Source: Eledone cirrhosa
Lineage: Eukaryota
Direction of reading: 5' to 3'
DNA: 58,000 nucleotides
Assembly: GCA_964016885.1 (NCBI GenBank)
Contig: CAXHJY010001536.1
Coordinates: 1-58,000 of the forward strand
Positions 52,381-58,000 of the stretch are shown one piece after another. The notes under the pieces are model-generated. The model did no database searches. It worked only from the letters and a program-made list of their open reading frames with translations, and was not told the origin of the DNA. The first letter of the stretch is position 1. Each line of letters begins with the position of its first letter. The position numbers and the translations under genes were made by a program.

Positions 52381-55300
52381 TTCACGCCGCACATAGCCAA
52401 TGAGTGTCTGCACATGTACCAGTAATTACAGATCGATCCGACCACGGGCGGCCGGCCCGCGATTGAAAAGGTAACTCCGCCGGCAAATCGTCATTTTTGG
52501 ATTCGTTTTCTTCGAAGCACACCATTCGCCGGCGGACTTTGTTGACGTTTAACACGGTTTGGTTCCACAGCCACAACTATTGAATTTACGGAGATATCTT
52601 GCTGAAATTCACGCCACACATAGCCAATGAGTGTCTGCACATGTACCAGTAATTACAGATCGATCCGACCACGGGCGGCCGGCCCGCGATTGAAAAGGTA
52701 ACTCCGCCGGCAAATCGTCATTTTTGGATTCGTTTTCTTCGAAGCACACCATTCGCCGGCGGACTTTGTTGACGTTTAACACGGTTTGGTTCCACAGCCA
52801 CAACTATTGATTTTACGGAGATATCTTGCTGAAATTCACGCCACACATAGCCAATGAGTGTCTGCACATGTACCAGTAATTACAGATCGATCCGACCACG
52901 GGCGGCCGGCCCGCGATTGAAAAGGTAACTCCGCCGGCAAATCGTCATTTTTGGATTCGTTTTCTTCGAAGCACACCATTCGCCGGCGGACTTTGTTGAC
53001 GTTTAACACGGTTTGGTTCCACAGCCACAACTATTGATTTTACGGAGATATCTTGCTGAAATTCACGCCGCACATAGCCAATGAGTGTCTGCACATGTAC
53101 CAGTAATTACAGATCGATCCGACCACGGGCGGCCGGCCCGCGATTGAAAAGGTAACTCCGCCGGCAAATCGTCATTTTTGGATTCGTTTTCTTCGAAGCA
53201 CACCATTCGCCGGCGGACTTTGTTGACGTTTAACACGGTTTGGTTCCACAGCCACAACTATTGAATTTACGGAGATATCTTGCTGAAATTCACGCCACAC
53301 ATAGCCAATGAGTGTCTGCACATGTACCAGTAATTACAGATCGATCCGACCACGGGCGGCCGGCCCGCGATTGAAAAGGTAACTCCGCCGGCAAATCGTC
53401 ATTTTTGGATTCGTTTTCTTCGAAGCACACCATTCGCCGGCGGACTTTGTTGACGTTTAACACGGTTTGGTTCCACAGCCACAACTATTGATTTTACGGA
53501 GATATCTTGCTGAAATTCACGCCACACATAGCCAATGAGTGTCTGCACATGTACCAGTAATTACAGATCGATCCGACCACGGGCGGCCGGCCCGCGATTG
53601 AAAAGGTAACTCCGCCGGCAAATCGTCATTTTTGGATTCGTTTTCTTCGAAGCACACCATTCGCCGGCGGACTTTGTTGACGTTTAACACGGTTTGGTTC
53701 CACAGCCACAACTATTGATTTTACGGAGATATCTTGCTGAAATTCACGCCGCACATAGCCAATGAGTGTCTGCACATGTACCAGTAATTACAGATCGATC
53801 CGACCACGGGCGGCCGGCCCGCGATTGAAAAGGTAACTCCGCCGGCAAATCGTCATTTTTGGATTCGTTTTCTTCGAAGCACACCATTCGCCGGCGGACT
53901 TTGTTGACGTTTAACACGGTTTGGTTCCACAGCCACAACTATTGAATTTACGGAGATATCTTGCTGAAATTCACGCCACACATAGCCAATGAGTGTCTGC
54001 ACATGTACCAGTAATTACAGATCGATCCGACCACGGGCGGCCGGCCCGCGATTGAAAAGGTAACTCCGCCGGCAAATCGTCATTTTTGGATTCGTTTTCT
54101 TCGAAACACACCATTCGCCGGCGGACTTTGTTGACGTTTAACACGGTTTGGTTCCACAGCCACAACTATTGATGTTACGGAGATATCTTGCTGGAATTCA
54201 CGCCGCACATAGCCAATGAGTGTCTACACATGTACCAGTAATTACAGATCGATCCGACCACGGGCGGCCGGCCCGCGATTTTAAAGGTAACTCCGCCGGC
54301 AAATCGTCATTTTTGGATTCGTTTTCTTCGAAGCACACCATTCGCCGGCGGACTTTGTTGACGTTTAACACGGTTTGGTTCCACAGCCACAACTATTGAT
54401 TTTACGGAGATATCTTGCTGAAATTCACGCCGCACATAGCCAATGAGTGTCTGCACATGTACCAGTAATTACAGATCGATCCGACCACGGGCGGCCGGCC
54501 CGCGATTGAAAAGGTAACTCCGCCGGCAAATCGTCATTTTTGGATTCGTTTTCTTCGAAGCACACCATTCGCCGGCGGACTTTGTTGACGTTTAACACGG
54601 TTTGGTTCCACAGCCACAACTATTGAATTTACGGAGATATCTTGCTGAAATTCACGCCACACATAGCCAATGAGTGTCTGCACATGTACCAGTAATTACA
54701 GATCGATCCGACCACGGGCGGCCGGCCCGCGATTGAAAAGGTAACTCCGCCGGCAAATCGTCATTTTTGGATTCGTTTTCTTCGAAGCACACCATTCGCC
54801 GGCGGACTTTGTTGACGTTTAACACGGTTTGGTTCCACAGCCACAACTATTGATTTTACGGAGATATCTTGCTGAAATTCACGCCACACATAGCCAATGA
54901 GTGTCTGCACATGTACCAGTAATTACAGATCGATCCGACCACGGGCGGCCGGCCCGCGATTGAAAAGGTAACTCCGCCGGCAAATCGTCATTTTTGGATT
55001 CGTTTTCTTCGAAGCACACCATTCGCCGGCGGACTTTGTTGACGTTTAACACGGTTTGGTTCCACAGCCACAACTATTGATTTTACGGAGATATCTTGCT
55101 GAAATTCACGCCGCACATAGCCAATGAGTGTCTGCACATGTACCAGTAATTACAGATCGATCCGACCACGGGCGGCCGGCCCGCGATTGAAAAGGTAACT
55201 CCGCCGGCAAATCGTCATTTTTGGATTCGTTTTCTTCGAAACACACCATTCGCCGGCGGACTTTGTTGACGTTTAACACGGTTTGGTTCCACAGCCACAA

Positions 55301-58000
55301 CTATTGATGTTACGGAGATATCTTGCTGGAATTCACGCCGCACATAGCCAATGAGTGTCTACACATGTACCAGTAATTACAGATCGATCCGACCACGGGC
55401 GGCCGGCCCGCGATTTTAAAGGTAACTCCGCCGGCAAATCGTCATTTTTGGATTCGTTTTCTTCGAAGCACACCATTCGCCGGCGGACTTTGTTGACGTT
55501 TAACACGGTTTGGTTCCACAGCCACAACTATTGATTTTACGGAGATATCTTGCTGAAATTCACGCCGCACATAGCCAATGAGTGTCTGCACATGTACCAG
55601 TAATTACAGATCGATCCGACCACGGGCGGCCGGCCCGCGATTGAAAAGGTAACTCCGCCGGCAAATCGTCATTTTTGGATTCGTTTTCTTCGAAGCACAC
55701 CATTCGCCGGCGGACTTTGTTGACGTTTAACACGGTTTGGTTCCACAGCCACAACTATTGATTTTACGGAGATATCTTGCTGAAATTCACGCCACACATA
55801 GCCAATGAGTGTCTGCACATGTACCAGTAATTACAGATCGATCCGACCACGGGCGGCCGGCCCGCGATTGAAAAGGTAACTCCGCCGGCAAATCGTCATT
55901 TTTGGATTCGTTTTCTTCGAAGCACACCATTCGCCGGCGGACTTTGTTGACGTTTAACACGGTTTGGTTCCACAGCCACAACTATTGAATTTACGGAGAT
56001 ATCTTGCTGAAATTCACGCCACACATAGCCAATGAGTGTCTGCACATGTACCAGTAATTACAGATCGATCCGACCACGGGCGGCCGGCCCGCGATTGAAA
56101 AGGTAACTCCGCCAGCAAATCGTCATTTTTGGATTCGTTTTCTTCGAAACACACCATTCGCCGGCGGACTTTGTTGACGTTTAACACGGTTTGGTTCCAC
56201 AGCCACAACTATTGATGTTACGGAGATATCTTGCTGGAATTCACGCCGCACATAGCCAATGAGTGTCTACACATGTACCAGTAATTACAGATCGATCCGA
56301 CCACGGGCGGCCGGCCCGCGATTTTAAAGGTAACTCCGCCGGCAAATCGTCATTTTTGGATTCGTTTTCTTCGAAGCACACCATTCGCCGGCGGACTTTG
56401 TTGACGTTTAACACGGTTTGGTTCCACAGCCACAACTATTGATTTTACGGAGATATCTTGCTGAAATTCACGCCGCACATAGCCAATGAGTGTCTGCACA
56501 TGTACCAGTAATTACAGATCGATCCGACCACGGGCGGCCGGCCCGCGATTGAAAAGGTAACTCCGCCGGCAAATCGTCATTTTTGGATTCGTTTTCTTCG
56601 AAGCACACCATTCGCCGGCGGACTTTGTTGACGTTTAACACGGTTTGGTTCCACAGCCACAACTATTGAATTTACGGAGATATCTTGCTGAAATTCACGC
56701 CACACATAGCCAATGAGTGTCTGCACATGTACCAGTAATTACAGATCGATCCGACCACGGGCGGCCGGCCCGCGATTGAAAAGGTAACTCCGCCGGCAAA
56801 TCGTCATTTTTGGATTCGTTTTCTTCGAAGCACACCATTCGCCGGCGGACTTTGTTGACGTTTAACACGGTTTGGTTCCACAGCCACAACTATTGATTTT
56901 ACGGAGATATCTTGCTGAAATTCACGCCACACATAGCCAATGAGTGTCTGCACATGTACCAGTAATTACAGATCGATCCGACCACGGGCGGCCGGCCCGC
57001 GATTGAAAAGGTAACTCCGCCGGCAAATCGTCATTTTTGGATTCGTTTTCTTCGAAGCACACCATTCGCCGGCGGACTTTGTTGACGTTTAACACGGTTT
57101 GGTTCCACAGCCACAACTATTGATTTTACGGAGATATCTTGCTGAAATTCACGCCGCACATAGCCAATGAGTGTCTGCACATGTACCAGTAATTACAGAT
57201 CGATCCGACCACGGGCGGCCGGCCCGCGATTGAAAAGGTAACTCCGCCGGCAAATCGTCATTTTTGGATTCGTTTTCTTCGAAGCACACCATTCGCCGGC
57301 GGACTTTGTTGACGTTTAACACGGTTTGGTTCCACAGCCACAACTATTGAATTTACGGAGATATCTTGCTGAAATTCACGCCACACATAGCCAATGAGTG
57401 TCTGCACATGTACCAGTAATTACAGATCGATCCGACCACGGGCGGCCGGCCCGCGATTGAAAAGGTAACTCCGCCGGCAAATCGTCATTTTTGGATTCGT
57501 TTTCTTCGAAGCACACCATTCGCCGGCGGACTTTGTTGACGTTTAACACGGTTTGGTTCCACAGCCACAACTATTGATGTTACGGAGATATCTTGCTGGA
57601 ATTCACGCCGCACATAGCCAATGAGTGTCTGCACATGTACCAGTAATTACAGATCGATCCGACCACGGGCGGCCGGCCCGCGATTTTAAAGGTAACTCCG
57701 CCGGCAAATCGTCATTTTTGGATTCGTTTTCTTCGAAGCACACCATTCGCCGGCGGACTTTGTTGACGTTTAACACGGTTTGGTTCCACAGCCACAACTA
57801 TTGATTTTACGGAGATATCTTGCTGAAATTCACGCCGCACATAGCCAATGAGTGTCTGCACATGTACCAGTAATTACAGATCGATCCGACCACGGGCGGC
57901 CGGCCCGCGATTGAAAAGGTAACTCCACCGGCAAATCGTCATTTTTGGATTCGTTTTCTTCGAAGCACACCATTCGCCGGCGGACTTTGTTGACGTTTAA

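Larger units (their letters stand above)
1..58000. repeat. Tandem satellite array, 227-bp monomer, about 255.5 head-to-tail copies, running off both window ends
   Basis: Positions 1-227 (ccgaccacgg...acagatcgat) recur at 228, 455 and so on. The ORF track repeats at an exact 227-bp step from 172 to 57603 (253 steps, 3 slots missing because of a point stop). No non-repeat sequence was seen. Confidence 0.99.

Noticed and set aside
172-57797. 251 copies of a 64-aa minus-strand ORF (MWLWNQTV...)
   Set aside because: It starts at TTG, resembles no protein family I recognise, and has only 32 bp between copies. It is broken by a TGG>TAG stop in three copies (21344, 27246, 31105), and most variant sites within it change the amino acid. 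It is best explained as a chance ORF multiplied by the repeat.
1-58000. CRISPR array
   Set aside because: There are no unique spacers: the whole 227-bp unit is repeated. No cas genes are present.
1-58000. Technical concatemer (rolling-circle amplification of one small circle) or collapsed-assembly artefact
   Set aside because: Structured linked variants and nested duplications of different periods are not produced by copying one 227-bp template. Individual multi-kb duplications still need read validation.
1-58000. Embedded transposon, inversion or unique island hidden in the array
   Set aside because: The 227-bp register and orientation are continuous throughout. The three gaps in the ORF track are single C>T changes, not insertions.

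Overview
The whole 58,000-bp window is one uninterrupted head-to-tail tandem array of a 227-bp monomer (about 255.5 copies, one orientation). It has no unique sequence, insertions or inversions, and the 227-bp register is never lost. It most likely represents eukaryotic satellite DNA; the organism and family cannot be assigned from the sequence. Copies differ only by substitutions at about 18 monomer positions that I could see by eye (monomer position 1 = window position 1). These variants reveal layered higher-order structure: a recurring linked variant block carrying new EcoRI and DraI sites in about 1 of 5 monomers, short 4-, 5- and 9-monomer modules, and recent tandem duplications of 24, 26, 17 and 13 monomers. 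The monomer is CpG-rich and dense in dyad symmetries, including a 19-bp imperfect inverted repeat. It also carries an AG|GTAAC splice-donor-like motif followed by an Sm-site-like ATTTTTGG, which raises a speculative spliced-leader-RNA-array hypothesis. The repeated 64-aa minus-strand ORF is judged a by-product of the repeat, not a gene.
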